Assembly (NCBI GenBank): GCA_964016885.1
Contig: OZ024748.1
Span: 13,082,001-13,146,000 of the forward strand
Direction of reading: 5' to 3'
DNA length: 64,000 bases
Source of the DNA: Eledone cirrhosa
Taxonomy: Eukaryota
Shown: positions 29,861 to 46,569 of the stretch, in pieces
Position numbering within the stretch: the stretch's first letter is position 1
How the letters are laid out: the number at the start of each line of letters is the position of its first letter
The notes under the pieces: model-generated
The model's input: only the letters and a program-made list of their open reading frames with translations
Database searches by the model: none
What the model was told of the DNA's origin: nothing
Position numbers and translations under genes: made by a program

Positions 29861-29906
<46 letters not shown>

Positions 29907-29964
29907 GGTATGTTTGTGTATGTGTATGTTCGACTACGTATGTGAGTGGTTTTGTGTACACGGC

Positions 29965-30005
<41 letters not shown>

Positions 30006-30019
30006 ATATATATATATAC

Positions 30020-30236
<217 letters not shown>

Positions 30237-30628
30237 AATATATATATATATAATGTGTGTGTGTGTATAAGACTATATTTAGAGTGAGAGGGAGGAGGAG
30301 AAGAAGAGAGAGATACTCAGAAATCTACGACTCACAGACAGAATCACTTAAACTTCAAGGTTTAAACATCAAAACAGCTTTACACTTTGACTACTTAATT
30401 GACGTTTTTTTTTATATTAATAGTACATCTATATATAGATACATATACACACACACACACATATATATACATATATATATATTCTCTCTGTCTCTAGCAT
30501 ACATATATGTGTGTGTATATATAAATGTATATATGTATATATATAAATGTATATATGTATATATTACATATATAAATGTATATATGTATATATTACATAT
30601 ATAAATGTATATATGTATATATTACATG

Positions 30629-30699
<71 letters not shown>

Positions 30700-30805
30700 A
30701 CATGGAGAAAGAGTCGATTATGAGGAAGAAAAATATATTTTTTCCTTTATATATATATATACATACATACATATATATATACATATGTATATATATAAAT
30801 ATTAT

Positions 30806-30842
<37 letters not shown>

Positions 30843-30946
30843 AATTAAAGTATAGAAATTATTGTGAGCGTGAAGCCAACAGTATTTCATAATACATAAG
30901 TATATTTATATTTATATATATATAATTATATATATATATATAAATA

Positions 30947-31007
<61 letters not shown>

Positions 31008-31030
31008 TCTCTCTGTCTCTAGCGTACATA

Positions 31031-31065
<35 letters not shown>

Positions 31066-31078
31066 GGATGTATATATC

Positions 31079-31127
<49 letters not shown>

Positions 31128-31336
31128 GTATATATATCTATGACTCAGTATGGCTGCACTCTAGTAAAGATATAAAATAATATAAATACTCCTAACCTTG
31201 ACCTTTATATACATCTTCCGAATCAAAATGGGGTAGTCATGGTTGGAACACTATTGATCGCGAATTTGCTAATCAGGGCTCATAGAAGGCTAAACACAAA
31301 TAATAAACCGAACATGGTATACTTAAAGAAATACAG

Positions 31337-31387
<51 letters not shown>

Positions 31388-31439
31388 CACACAAACAGAC
31401 ACACACACACATATATATATACATATAAAATTCTGTATT

Positions 31440-31492
<53 letters not shown>

Positions 31493-31636
31493 CATCGTCA
31501 TCCTTTAACGTCCAATTTTCCACGCTACCATGGGTTATATATATATATATATTCAAAAACCGAAACATCAAAGAGCAAAGCAGACGATACAGTACAAAGA
31601 AGAAATATATAAGTTTAAAACTTAATACACACACAC

Positions 31637-31681
<45 letters not shown>

Positions 31682-31684
31682 TAA

Positions 31685-31817
<133 letters not shown>

Positions 31818-31941
31818 TTACATATATACATATATATATATGTATATATATACATATGTATATGTATATATATCTATATGCCTATATATATATATAAATT
31901 TGTGTGTATAATAAGTTTTAAACTTATATATTACTTCTTTG

Positions 31942-32020
<79 letters not shown>

Positions 32021-32039
32021 TATATATATATAGAGAGAG

Positions 32040-32248
32040 AGACGTGGCTGAGTGGTTAGAGAATTGCATTCACTATCGTGAGGTTATGAGTTCGATTCCC
32101 GGACCGGGGGATGCGTTATGTCCTTGAGCATGACACTTTATTTCACGTTGCTTCTTCTACCTGGAGTTGCGATCGATAGATAGTATTAGCAATTGGAAAG
32201 ACCAGCGGAAACATTGTTTCCTCGGTCCGATTTGACGAAAGTCGATCG
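32040..32248 (+). mobile_element. SINE family B copy
   Basis: Same boxes and CORE-like segment as 15894-16108. Confidence 0.88.
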
Positions 32249-32688
32249 ACTGTCGATATATATAGACGTATGTTGGTATTGTCTAGGGTCCTGAAACCTT
32301 TGGTAAATGGAGTAGTAATATATTGTGTTGCTCACGTTCTAATTAAATATACATATATATATATATACACACATATATATATATATATATATGTGTGTAT
32401 ACATATATATATATATATATATATGTGTATATATATACATATATACATAGATTCGTTATATATGCACGCGTAGACACTCATCTACGAGAATCTATTGCAA
32501 CAGCTTGTCTATTTTATTCAAGAAACCTCAGCTCCTGAAAACTATCCGTCTGTATAGAGAGTGAATGGTATCACATTCAAAAGAGATTTACATATCCCCT
32601 GCTGTGCACAATCCCTGAGTAACCTACATCACCGTAGGGGTCACAGTGATGTATCTGTGTGTGAGTGAGTGAGTGAGTGAGTGAATGT

Positions 32689-32750
<62 letters not shown>

Positions 32751-33000
32751 TGTGCGTGCGGCGTGACCCTCATTCAACATCTACTGAGTAAAAAGTAGAT
32801 ATATGCCATCTGAGAAATGCTCCAGCTATGCTACAGACGGATATAGACGAATTCGCCCCCCCCCCCCTTGTATATATATACATATATACACATATAGACA
32901 TGCGTGTGTGTATATCCCAGGTTCAATGAGGTTTTCTTCAAATGAAACAGTTCTAGTTCTGCAGAAGCCATTTCTATATTATATATATATATATATTAAG

Positions 33001-33192
33001 TAAAATAACAGATTAATGTTTAAGCAAAGAATCGCTGCTTCCGGCCTTAACGGGATCTTCAGAAGATCCCGTTAAGGGTGAAAGCAGCGATTCTTTGCTT
33101 AAACTTTAATCTGTTATTTTAATAAACATTTGCTCTACGGTTCTTATATATTTGATATATATTTACCCTTATCGAGCCCTCTTTGGATTTTA
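33001..33192 (+). mobile_element. PLE-tail family E, palindrome centred on the CTGAAGA box
   Basis: 60-bp arms around A33061 (4 mismatches). Consensus CTGAAGA-TCCC(GTTAA)GGGT-GAAA-GCAGCGA-TTC. The tail matches 22061-22162 and 50165-50228. Confidence 0.7.
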
Positions 33193-33220
33193 GTCTTCAA
33201 ATTTATTATCATTACTATGT

Positions 33221-33403
33221 GGTGGATTGGCAGTATCGGTAGAGGGTCGGACGCCATGCTTTCCAGCATAGTTACGTCCCTTTACGATCTGAGTTCAAAT
33301 CCCGCCGAGGTTGACTTTGCCTTTCATCCTTACGGGGTCGATAAAATAAAGTACCAGTAATGCACTGGGTAATTGCTGGCCTTGTGCCTAAAGTAGAAAC
33401 AAT

Positions 33404-33406
<3 letters not shown>
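33221..33406 (+). mobile_element. SINE family A, near-consensus copy
   Basis: Box A and box B, central domain, ends GTAGAAACAATTA followed by (TA)n. Confidence 0.9.
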
Positions 33407-33439
<33 letters not shown>

Positions 33440-33454
33440 ATAATAATAAATTTG

Positions 33455-33499
<45 letters not shown>

Positions 33500-33775
33500 C
33501 TCAGCAAAGAGTTTGCTCGTTATCTCGATAAGGTTGGCTCCCAATCCTTTTCTCTGTCTCACTACCCAGTTCCTTGAAGGATGGTCTTCGAAAGACCACT
33601 GGATCTTGATAAAGAGTCATAATAACTCAGTATTCTTCTCTTTACTGTTGTGAAAAGATCATCATGGCGGGACCATGTGATGCAGAATGTTTTTGCGTCC
33701 ATATTCTTCGTATTCCTCTATATGTATGACAAGTTTACGATGTAAATATTTATATCTACTTTCTACACACAAACA

Positions 33776-33852
<77 letters not shown>

Positions 33853-33867
33853 TGAACCCGGGATAAC

Positions 33868-33964
<97 letters not shown>

Positions 33965-34036
33965 TAATGATAATAATATTTATACTTATATATGAGTTAT
34001 ATACAATCATAAATATGAAAGGGTAGTACGTGCTGG

Positions 34037-34096
<60 letters not shown>

Positions 34097-34103
34097 TATT
34101 TAC

Positions 34104-34266
<163 letters not shown>

Positions 34267-34907
34267 CCAGCACGTACGCACATCATACCAGGTCACATAG
34301 AGATGGAAATACAAAATGTTTATTAATTTTACAACTTGGTAGAGATGGGAATGAGATCTTTATTGCAAAAATTCCAGGGAATATCAGAAAATCCGTCAAC
34401 ACAATTTGTGCATATGTTTATTTTACAATTTTATTTATTGATTTATTTATTACTTTCTATCTTTGATTATACATAAATATTTATAAATCAACATAGTTTT
34501 CTATCTTCCAAATTAACGTGGGTTCTCGTGTATGTCTGTGTGTCTGAGTGAGGTAAGTGTGTGAGTGTATGAGTGTGTGTTGGTGATGTGTCCCACCAAA
34601 ACGAAATATTTGCTGACATTTATTTTTCAAACGTCTTGCTGCCGTTTTGATTTGCTTCTCTGTAAATTTCTATATATTGCATCATCACCTGGTTTGTGGT
34701 CCAATTCCAACTTCATGCATCGAAATGCAATATAAGTGCATGTGTGTGCGTTTATGCGTGTGTCTGTGTTATGTATACTCACAAACACACACAGATATAC
34801 GTATATATATATATATATATATATATAAATATAAACGGAAAAAAATGAAACGAAATTTCATTTCCCATTCTTAGTACGGCTGTTACTTAAATATAAGTAT
34901 GTACGTG

Positions 34908-34989
<82 letters not shown>

Positions 34990-35036
34990 TAAGAGAGACG
35001 ATTTTATTCGTACATCTTCATTTTAGTATCTAATTC

Positions 35037-35075
<39 letters not shown>

Positions 35076-35288
35076 AAGTTTTATTTAAATTGTTGGGTTA
35101 CAACGAGTAAATATTTATAACTGATATAAAAGCACTCAACAAGTATTTGGAGTATATTTACGATATTAAATAAATGGAAACTATATTTATAAAACCATAT
35201 TTATTTCATTATAAAATCAACTTTTTTAATGGAAGTTGAAGTTGTAAGGTATGTCAAATCTATCTATTTATAAGACTGTTTATATTGT

Positions 35289-35352
35289 ATTTTGTCTGAT
35301 GAAGGAATACCATACTTTTAATATGATATCCCTGAAATATATATAATGAAAT
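35289..35352 (+). ncRNA. Minimal hammerhead ribozyme motif in an inverted PLE tail (element ~35073-35395)
   Basis: ATTTTGT-CTGATGA-AGGAATACCATA(CTTTTAA)TATGATATCCCT-GAAA-T-ATAT-A-TA^ATGAAAT. 35160-35213 is inverted against 35342-35395. Confidence 0.8.
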
Positions 35353-35393
35353 AAATATGGTTTTATAAATATAGTTTCCATTTATTTAATATC

Positions 35394-35823
<430 letters not shown>

Positions 35824-36032
35824 GAACATATATATATATGGAATTATTGGTAGGATGTAATTAACTAATAATACAGCAAATATTGATAAATAGCAGAAAC
35901 ATTCCGAAGTAACAATTATATTATATAAACTTAATTCTGGCCCCATGCAGTTTCATCAACAAGGTTTGTACAGGAGCCGAAGTGGGAATCGTCCAACTGG
36001 TAGTCATTTCATTCCTACATGTGCTACATGTG

Positions 36033-36240
<208 letters not shown>

Positions 36241-36384
36241 TCAGGTTTGAGGTTCACCACTGGATAGAGCTGGTCTATTCCGTATGGTCAATCGTAATGC
36301 AATAATATAGAGAGTACTCAACGTAAGGGGTCCTCGATTTTCAGCCCCATGAATTTTATCTATTACATTGACGTATTATATTTG

Positions 36385-36446
36385 TAAAACCTGATGATAT
36401 CACCGGATTCATACGGAACCCGGTCATTGAAATGATCATAGTATAA
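36385..36446 (+). ncRNA. Hammerhead motif with a weak stem I
   Basis: AAAAC-CTGATGA-TATCACCGG...CCGGTCATT-GAAA-T-GATC-A-TA^GTATA. Loop III is the palindrome GATC; stem I is only partly paired. Confidence 0.6.
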
Positions 36447-36597
36447 TAAACCTTTCAAGGATTTACACAAATCCACCCTCCTGTCATTTCATTATTATAT
36501 TATATATATATGATGAAATACAACTCTTTCATTAGTAAGATATCATTATGATTTTTTACGAATGAAACAGTCCTAGTCCTGTAGAATTTATTTCTAT

Positions 36598-36733
36598 AAT
36601 AATTATTTCTACTTTTGGCACAAGACCAGCAATTATTCCAATGCATTACTGGTACTTTATTTTATCGACCTCGTAAGGATGAAAGGTAAAATTAACCACG
36701 TCAGGATTTGAACTCAGATCATAAAGGGCCGTA
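36598..36733 (-). mobile_element. SINE family A, 5'-truncated
   Basis: Sequence similarity. Confidence 0.8.
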
Positions 36734-36822
36734 ATTTGATTTCAAATACTGTACTAACGAATTGAGTACCCTTTGTAACTGTTGGTCAACTCCCGATATA
36801 CATCTGGAATCCATGAAAAGGG

Positions 36823-36889
<67 letters not shown>

Positions 36890-36902
36890 GAGAGAGAGAG
36901 GA

Positions 36903-36993
<91 letters not shown>

Positions 36994-38293
36994 CCTAAAT
37001 GTAAACCGATACATGTGTAATTGCTGGAAGGAGAAAGGGTTAATAATCCAACATCAATTGTCATTGTGGCTGGATAAACCCGTTTCTTTCTTTTTTTATA
37101 TTTGCTGCGAAGATTTTTGTGACTTTTATGAATATTCTGGAAGTATATGTGAATTAAATGTCAGAAACAACGTGGAATCGAACATGGTCTTGAAAATTAC
37201 CCCCGCTGCTTAACTGTATCTACCACTAGATATATCACTGTAGATAACTGCAGATTATATGAGGCTCATGATCTTTCTCTAACTGCATAAGTGAGGGAGA
37301 GAATAAATCTTACTGCACATGTATCTATATTGCACACTTAATGACCATAAACAGTACAAGTTATTCGAATGTCTTCACTACAATATGTAAAATTGATATC
37401 CATTTGTAATGGTGGCACAAGTGCTACATATATGTGGGTCCAGGGGGGTATAGTGATTTAAAATTATACATAGTATTCGACTGTTTTTTTCATTTTTTTA
37501 TTTTATAGACCCCCGAGAAACTGAAACGCAAATTCAACACTGGCGAGATTTGAACTGGAGACGTAATTCAATACCGCAAGGTATTTTGTCAGTCGTTCTA
37601 CCCACCCTGCAATCAATTTTGTGCAGTAATTGATGTTAAATTCATATTGAGTTTTGTTTGATCGGCACCATGGTAACATTTGTTGTGGAGCCAACATCTT
37701 ATTATCATTTAACAATGCCTCGAGAAAGATCAAAAGTGAAAATAGAGTGCTAAGTGTGATGTGAACATGGGAAGCGAGAACAACGTAGCTAATACTAACT
37801 CATTTATTGCGGCGCTATTTTAAATCCAACAACCCCATCTACATACCCTTTATTACCAGAACAACTGCATATAGATATGAAAGTCCCGGGCTCAATCAGG
37901 GACAACAACAGTTAGAAAAGTACTCAATACATTAGTAGAGTGTACACATCAAGTTTAATATAGAAATGGCTTCTACAGGACTAGAACTGTTTCATACAAA
38001 ATAAATCAGGACTTCTTTTGAATGGAACACTTCTAGTCCTAGAGAAGCCGTGTATATATTAACATTTATATATATACACATTTATTCATTTATGTATATA
38101 TGCAGATTCCCAAGTTGTGTGCGAGGGTAGCAATAGTTAAAAAAGGTACTAAATATATTTGTAGCCTTCTTTATTATATATATGGAAATGACTTCTACAG
38201 GACTAGAATTGTTTCATTCAAATGAAAGAGTTCTAGTCCTGTTGAAGTCATCATTACATATAATAAATAAATATATACATACACATATATGTG

Positions 38294-38438
<145 letters not shown>

Positions 38439-39520
38439 GAGGTATTGTGCGAGTAAGGAAGAGTTAAGAGTTACAGACAATTATCTAACCCTATTTTTAG
38501 TGGTATTTATTCGAGGAAACGTAGGAGACTCTATATGGTTAAAGACACGCTCCATCTTAAATTCCACTCCACCATAAAATAAAAACAAGCGTATATTAGA
38601 TAATATTGTCGCAGATTATGCATAATTTGGCTTTTCGAAGCAGCGGGTCTTATGATATATTATTCATTGAGAATGGAGTCGCGACATTACTAGTCTAATT
38701 TACCAAAGTCATTATATAAAACAAAGTTAACCATGATAATCTGACAATCAACATTTTCAAACTAGAGCAGCCGTAGGTTTGTAAAGTTGGATATCATCTA
38801 AAGTGTTTCACTCGACCCAAATTACTTGAGTAGTTGTAAGTTAAAAAAGGCCTGCTTATGTTATGAATCACCATAGTTTCGTACCTAGAAAGTACCCGGC
38901 TGCCAATCCATATTACTGAGCAAGGTGAATTTGTGCAGTTTGTCCTGAAACCACACCGAAGTCAACGGTTTTTGTTGTATAAACAATGTTGTTGGGATAT
39001 ATTTACGTTTCCGAAGATTCTTAAAGAACCGAATTGTTTGGAATCGTATTCGATTCAACCTAGAATCGAACTCATTCCACAGTTTCCATGCAGGAATAAT
39101 ATTTCACAAGTCCAAGTCCAACATATGTAACGCAGCATAGCCAACATCTGACTAGAATTGATAATTCCAAATCTATGACCTCACTCATATTGGGGGAACC
39201 CCACCTTGGTTGACCCCCCAACGCTTCCTACCCCCAGGCCATACTAGGCCATGTGTGGCCGAGGTATCGAGTCAAATCCTCGACATTTGGCCACCCTCTG
39301 GTTTTTCTCATCTGCCTTGGTATCCACCCAATCGCTCCAATGGTTATATTAGTTATATTGGGGGTCGTAATAGGGAAAGGTCCTTAGTAGTGAATGATGA
39401 GGTGAAGTTAAGTGAGGAATCAGAAATAAATAAAAAAAAAAACGTTTCGAACATTAGTCTATCGTCAAGGATTCAGGAGGATAGGAAGACGGGTTAGAAA
39501 AGGGTGTAGTTGCAGGAATT

Positions 39521-39933
39521 GTGGGCAAGTACGAAATAGTGGCGTAGGGGTCATATAGGGAAAAGTCAAGAGAGAAAGACTGAGAATTATGAGTGAGAGT
39601 GAGAGTGTGGGCAAGTATGAAATAGTGGCGTAGGGGTCATATAGGGAAAAGTCAAGAGAGAAAGACTGAGAATTATGAGTGAGAGTGAGAGTGTGGGCAA
39701 GTATGAAATAGTGGCGTAGGGGTCATATAGGGAAAAGTCAAGAGAGAAAGACTGAGAATTATGAGTGAGAGTGAGAGTGTGGGCAAGTACGAAATAGTGG
39801 CGTAGGGGTCATATAGGGAAAAGTCAAGAGAGAAAGACTGAGAATTATGAGTGAGAGTGAGAGTGTGGGCAAGTACGAAATAGTGGCGTAGGGGTCATAT
39901 AGGGAAAAGTCAAGAGAGAAAGACTGAGAATTA

Positions 39934-39950
<17 letters not shown>
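39521..39950. repeat. 86-bp minisatellite, 5 near-identical copies
   Basis: Units start at 39521, 39607, 39693, 39779 and 39865; only a C/T variant (AGTAC/AGTAT) was seen. Confidence 0.95.
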
Positions 39951-39979
<29 letters not shown>

Positions 39980-40069
39980 AAAGAGAGATGTTGTTTGTAA
40001 AAGAATAGACACTTTTGTTGCAAGGTGAACCAGGAGAATAGACGCTAAAGAAAATGATGTTGGAGTTGA

Positions 40070-40130
40070 ATGGTGCTGATGGTATTGATGGTGGTGACTG
40101 AACTGATTATAAAGGTGATGATAACGATAG

Positions 40131-40180
<50 letters not shown>

Positions 40181-40220
40181 GTAGTGACTGAACTGATTAT
40201 AATGGTGATGATGATGCCAG

Positions 40221-40281
<61 letters not shown>

Positions 40282-40318
40282 AGTGACTGAACTGATTATA
40301 ATGGTGATGTGATGCCAG

Positions 40319-40359
<41 letters not shown>

Positions 40360-40398
40360 GTAGTGACTGAACTGATTATAATGGTGATGTGATGCCAG

Positions 40399-40472
<74 letters not shown>

Positions 40473-40480
40473 GTGATGAT
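40070..40480. repeat. (GAT)n with higher-order unit GTGACTGAACTGATTATAA x4
   Basis: Direct reading of the sequence. Confidence 0.9.
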
Positions 40481-40614
40481 AGTTTGCTGCCTTTATTGTC
40501 ATTAATATTATTGTTGTTATTATTGATATTTAAAATGTTGCTGATCTTGCTTTCTATGAGGGTGTATATGTATATATAATATACATACATACATATATAA
40601 ATCCGTATTTATGC

Positions 40615-40737
<123 letters not shown>

Positions 40738-40744
40738 AATACGG

Positions 40745-40779
<35 letters not shown>

Positions 40780-40809
40780 CATACACACATAAATACAGAC
40801 TTATGGGTT

Positions 40810-40858
<49 letters not shown>

Positions 40859-41789
40859 TTATGCACATAAATACAGATTTATATTTGTTTGTATATATAT
40901 ATACACACATATATATATATATATATACATGTAAATAACTTATTTATATATATATATATTATATATATATAAATATGTTTGTGTGTATGTATATGTGTAT
41001 TTGTATGTATATATGTATATGTGTATATGTGTATGCATGCATGTCTGTTTAATCAGCTATTTATCCTCCATTGCACTGATTAACCTTGTACCACAAGTTC
41101 TAATTTTAATCCCAGCATTCATTGTACCGGATCGATACAGGAAGTCTTGTTAAGCAGTTTAGACAGAGAAAACAGGTTAATAACCCAACAACCATCTCTG
41201 TGTATCTCTGTATATGTGTGTGAGTGTGTGTCTGTGTACATGCGTTTGAATGCGTGTGTACGTGTGTACGTATGTGTCTGTCTATATACATGAGAGTGTG
41301 TGTCTGTGTGTGTCTGTGTGAGTGTGTGTGACTGTGTGACTGTGTGTATATGTGTGTGACTCTGTGTATACGTGTGTGTATATATATTTCTGGACGAGTG
41401 AGTGCATCTGCTGTGTGTACGTGTGTGTCTGTCTATATATATGGAAGTGTGTGTCTGTGTGAGTGTGTGTGACTGTGTGTATGTGTGTGTGTGTATATAT
41501 CATTGTGGACGAGAGGGTGCATCTGTGTGTTGGCTTGTAAGTGTATATGTGTGTGTGTTTGTGTGAATGTGTGTACACATGCGTGTGTGTATATCTGTGT
41601 GTTGGCTTGTAAGGGTATATGTGTGTGTGTGTTTGCGTGAATGCGTGTATATCTGTGTGTATATGTCTGTTAATGTTTGTATATGTCATTGTGAACGCGT
41701 GTGTGCAATTTCTATGTTTACATGTAAGGGTTTATGTGTCTGAATGTCTTTATAAATGTGTGTCGGTATGTGTATATGACATTGTAGAC

Positions 41790-41822
<33 letters not shown>

Positions 41823-41906
41823 ATCATCATTAACATCATCATCAACATCCTCATCATCATACTCATCATCAGCATCATCATCAGCAGCAACACCAGTAGC
41901 AGCACT

Positions 41907-41941
<35 letters not shown>

Positions 41942-42016
41942 CATTCGACTCCAGTAGCAGACAGTCATAATCCCCTTCCTCACAAACACACATCAAAAAC
42001 TGTTATAATGTATTAT

Positions 42017-42262
42017 GGACCGATGGTCGGGTGGTTGTGTGGTCCGATTGTCGGGTGGTCCCATTGACGGATAGTCCGATTGACGGGTGATCCGATTGAC
42101 GGGTGGTCCGATTGACGGGTGGTCCGATGGTCGGGTGGTCCGATTGACGGGTGGTCCGATGGTCGGGTAGTCCGATGGTCGGGTAGCCCGATTGACGGGT
42201 AGTCCGATTGAGGGGTGGTCCGATGGTCGGGTGGTCCGATGGTCGGGTGCTCGAGTGATCGG
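42017..42262. repeat. 16-bp CpG-rich minisatellite
   Basis: Units GTCCGATTGACGGGTG and GTCCGATGGTCGGGTG, about 14 copies. Confidence 0.9.
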
Positions 42263-42807
42263 GTTGAATATCCCCCGACCATTAAAGAGATTTGAACCCG
42301 CCAAAAGAAGTACGATCACAGAATTTCAAAGGAACCGGAAATCATATATACACATACACATATATACACACATATATAAATAGATACATACATACTCACA
42401 TACATACATTCATACATACATTCACACATACATACATAATACATACATACTCACATACATACATATATACATATATACATACTCAAAGACACACATATAT
42501 ATATATATCTATAAATTCAGTGAAATACAGACAGTCTGACAGATGCCGCATAATATCAATAAATATAGTAAATTATATTCAATTGCACATACCTATATAT
42601 ATATACACTCACATATACATATCAGCAGGCGAACATACATACATAAACACACACACTGACGCGCGGAGTGTAATATCTATAGATACAGTATACGATATTT
42701 AATAACACACACCTCTATATACACACATTAACACACATTGATATATGAAGTGTAATATACATATATACTATATGCTATATATAATAACACACATCTATCT
42801 ATATATG

Positions 42808-43214
<407 letters not shown>

Positions 43215-43530
43215 GTATATATATACTGACACGTGGAATGTATAATATCGATAGATACAGTATGCTATATTTGATATCACTAATCTATATATACATGACA
43301 ACAGACACACTTACACACACAATGACACATGGAGTGAAATATCTATAAATACAGTATACTATATTCAATAGAGATGATATTAGTAATCAGTGATATCAAT
43401 AATCGTATTCTTCTGTATGTGATATCATAATGATATGAATTATATGACGTCTTTACACTTGGTACCTCTCATCAATGCTAACCAACAGTTATAAGCACGT
43501 GTCTATACATAAACACACACACACACACAC

Positions 43531-43561
<31 letters not shown>

Positions 43562-43818
43562 TGTATGTATGTATGTATGTATGTATGTATGTATGTATGT
43601 ATGTATGTATGTATGTATATATGCATATATATATATGTATATATATAGTTATGTATCTATACATAACTATATATATATAGTTATGTATGTATACATAACT
43701 ATTAAGCTCTGTTACCTACTTAGAGCACTCTTTTTTCCTGGACCTTTCCGTAGGAATTACTTCATTCATACATATATATATCTATATCTATATATGCATA
43801 TATATATATATATAAAAC

Positions 43819-43938
<120 letters not shown>

Positions 43939-44159
43939 GCATACGTGTGCGTTTATATAACCCTGTTGGGACCCTAAACGCAGAAAATAGTCTCTATAAA
44001 TAATAGCTTAGAAAGTCGGGTAAAATAACCCTAGAGGCGAAAAAAATGTCCGCAGCCATGTTAGGGATTCCGATATTTTACATTTGAATTACGCAGCACT
44101 TCGATAAAATATAAGAATTGTGTTATATGTAACACATGCACACACACTCATATATATGC

Positions 44160-44204
<45 letters not shown>

Positions 44205-44243
44205 ATTAAATAAATGGAAAACTATATTTATAAAACCATATTT

Positions 44244-44307
44244 ATTTCATTATATATATTTCGGGGATATCATATTAACAATATGCTATGCCTTCATCAG
44301 ACAAAAT
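44244..44307 (-). ncRNA. Minimal hammerhead ribozyme motif in an inverted PLE tail (element ~44201-44550)
   Basis: Minus strand: ATTTTGT-CTGATGA-AGGCATAGCATATT..AATATGATATCCCC-GAAA-T-ATAT-A-TA^ATGAAAT. Same family as 35073-35395; 44200-44262 is inverted at 44399-44461. Confidence 0.8.
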
Positions 44308-44546
44308 ACAATATAAACAGTTTTATAGATAAATATATTCGACATACCGTAATAAACATCGACTTCATTTGAAGAGGTTTACGCTAGCAATATATTACGA
44401 AATATATATAATGAAATAAATATGGTTTTATAAATATAGTTTTCCATTTATTTAATATTGTAAATATACTCCAAATATTTGTCGAGTGCTTTTATATCAG
44501 TTATAAATATTTACTAGTTGTAACCCAACAATTTTAAATATAACTT

Positions 44547-44624
<78 letters not shown>

Positions 44625-44828
44625 GTTTGTTTATATATATATATATGTTTATGTGTGCATAAGCTAAAACTACATTAACAACATGAGCAGTGTTAATACA
44701 TTGAATAAGCTCTCACTACTAGCTGAACTGTCACCACACACTTTCTTATGAACCTCTATTCTATGAACGTACAAATGTATATATATATATGTATACAAAT
44801 ATGTGTTTGTGTGTGTGTGTGTGTTAGT

Positions 44829-44878
<50 letters not shown>

Positions 44879-45022
44879 TACTTATATAAATGATGCTTAA
44901 TCAGTCAGTCTCCGTGCAACTATAACGCGTGCTTGTTTGTTGCGATGTATCAAGTTTACTATGTATCAGTGTATGTCTGTAAGTGTGTGGGAGATTATGT
45001 GTGTGTCTGAGTGTGTCGCCAT

Positions 45023-45059
<37 letters not shown>

Positions 45060-45431
45060 GGATATCTCCTGTTATCATGGAGACTACGAGTCTAATGAGC
45101 TATTGATTCTAGAGATATGTCGCATAACTAATGCTCTGAACCCTTTGGTCACCCAAACGGTACGAAGAACGGTTGTTACATGACTCCGGTTCTGTTTGCT
45201 TTTATTCTTCTCTGTAAATGCCCCAGTGTGCATTTAGCGTCAGAGACACTGGTGTCAGATTTGAATTCCATACGTCGGGTTGGCTATTTAAACAGCAGGA
45301 TAAAGGATAAAGATCCCATAACTCTTTGTTGTGTCGTAGAGTCACCGTCGTACGGCGAGTCTAGAGCACATTTTAAACCTTGCTGAACCCAACTCTCTCC
45401 AGGTCTGGACACAGCCGATTTTTCTATAGAG

Positions 45432-45596
45432 GAAGAATCGACTCCAGTATTGGGCTGATGCTTTTTTATCGACCTCGAAAGGATGAAAGGAAAAGTTGAC
45501 CTCGGCGGGATTTGAACTCAGAGCATGCAATGAGATGAGACGAATACCGTAAAGCATTCTATCCGACGTCTTAAAGACTCTGCCAATACGCCGCCT
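45432..45596 (-). mobile_element. SINE family A-related older copy
   Basis: GGATGAAAGGAAAAGTTGACCTCGGCGGGATTTGAACTCAG core. Confidence 0.75.
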
Positions 45597-45607
45597 ATAA
45601 ACACCAG

Positions 45608-45740
45608 GGCGTTAAGGCTAAAATACTTACACGAACAAATGTTATTCGTTATATACTGTTTGCTGATGATGATGCACTTGTTGCGACATCCTTCGAAGTG
45701 GCCAAAAACTGATGAACCACTTGACAGGGTTTTTAATGGT
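45608..45740 (+). mobile_element. RTE/BovB-like LINE RT fragment
   Basis: Translates VKAKILTRTNVIRYILFADDDALVATS (LFADD at 45656). Confidence 0.65.
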
Positions 45741-46073
45741 GACGTCTTCACGAGGTGCGGCAAAGGTTAGACTGAATCACAACTGATTCTGATGCAATTC
45801 CAATGTAAATAGTCTGGTCGTGTCTTATGGGCGACTGAGCACTGCACACCCAAGGTACTGTTATGCTGTCACATTCATAATGGTGCAGATAATATAGGCA
45901 GACCATTACACAGATATAAAAACAAACTGAAGTAGAATAATCAATCTGTGAACATACCCCTTACTTCCTTTGAATCCCTAGCTGCTAACCGTGGAAAATG
46001 GTGAACTGTTTGCCATGAAAGTATAAAGAATATATATATATATATACATGTGTGTGTGTATATATGTATGATG

Positions 46074-46139
<66 letters not shown>

Positions 46140-46569
46140 TGTTTCTGTATGTAGTGGGATTTTCTCACCGCTTATATGTTGCAGTCATTGGTTTTAATCA
46201 ATCAGAAAAGCCACTCTACTAATTCCAGTCTGGTATTGTTTTATCGATTTTTATATATTGCATAGCTAAGTTACCGTTTTCCATACAAACGTGTTATATT
46301 TATTTATTTAAGCGTCCGTATAGAGCTAGTAATCTATGAATGACTGGGAGAGACATGTCATACCCCATAACAACGATGAAACAAAGAGAAAGAAATTCGC
46401 AAAGAAAAAGAAAAGCAAATAGGAACAAAAAGAATTTAAAAAAGCACAAAATATAATTATTATTATATCAAAATTAATTGACTTATATAAGAGAAAGAAA
46501 GATAACTATGATTATGTTTCTGCCTATTAGTCCTCACCATCACAGTAATTTTAAAGAATTTGTAGATAT

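Noticed and set aside
33560-33635. Further degenerate HHR-like cores (also ~3005-3055, 13190-13230, 22580-22612, 31255-31285, 51215-51330)
   Set aside because: Two or more core positions or stems are missing, so they cannot be told from chance by eye.
38940-39130. Possible LINE C-terminal remnant on the minus strand (KLWNEF..FFKN)
   Set aside because: The similarity is too short to support a call.
39240-39300. Possible HDV-like ribozyme
   Set aside because: Only a simple hairpin; I could not build the nested double pseudoknot.
39521-39950. CRISPR-like array (also 16248-17185)
   Set aside because: No unique spacers, no cas genes and a eukaryotic context.
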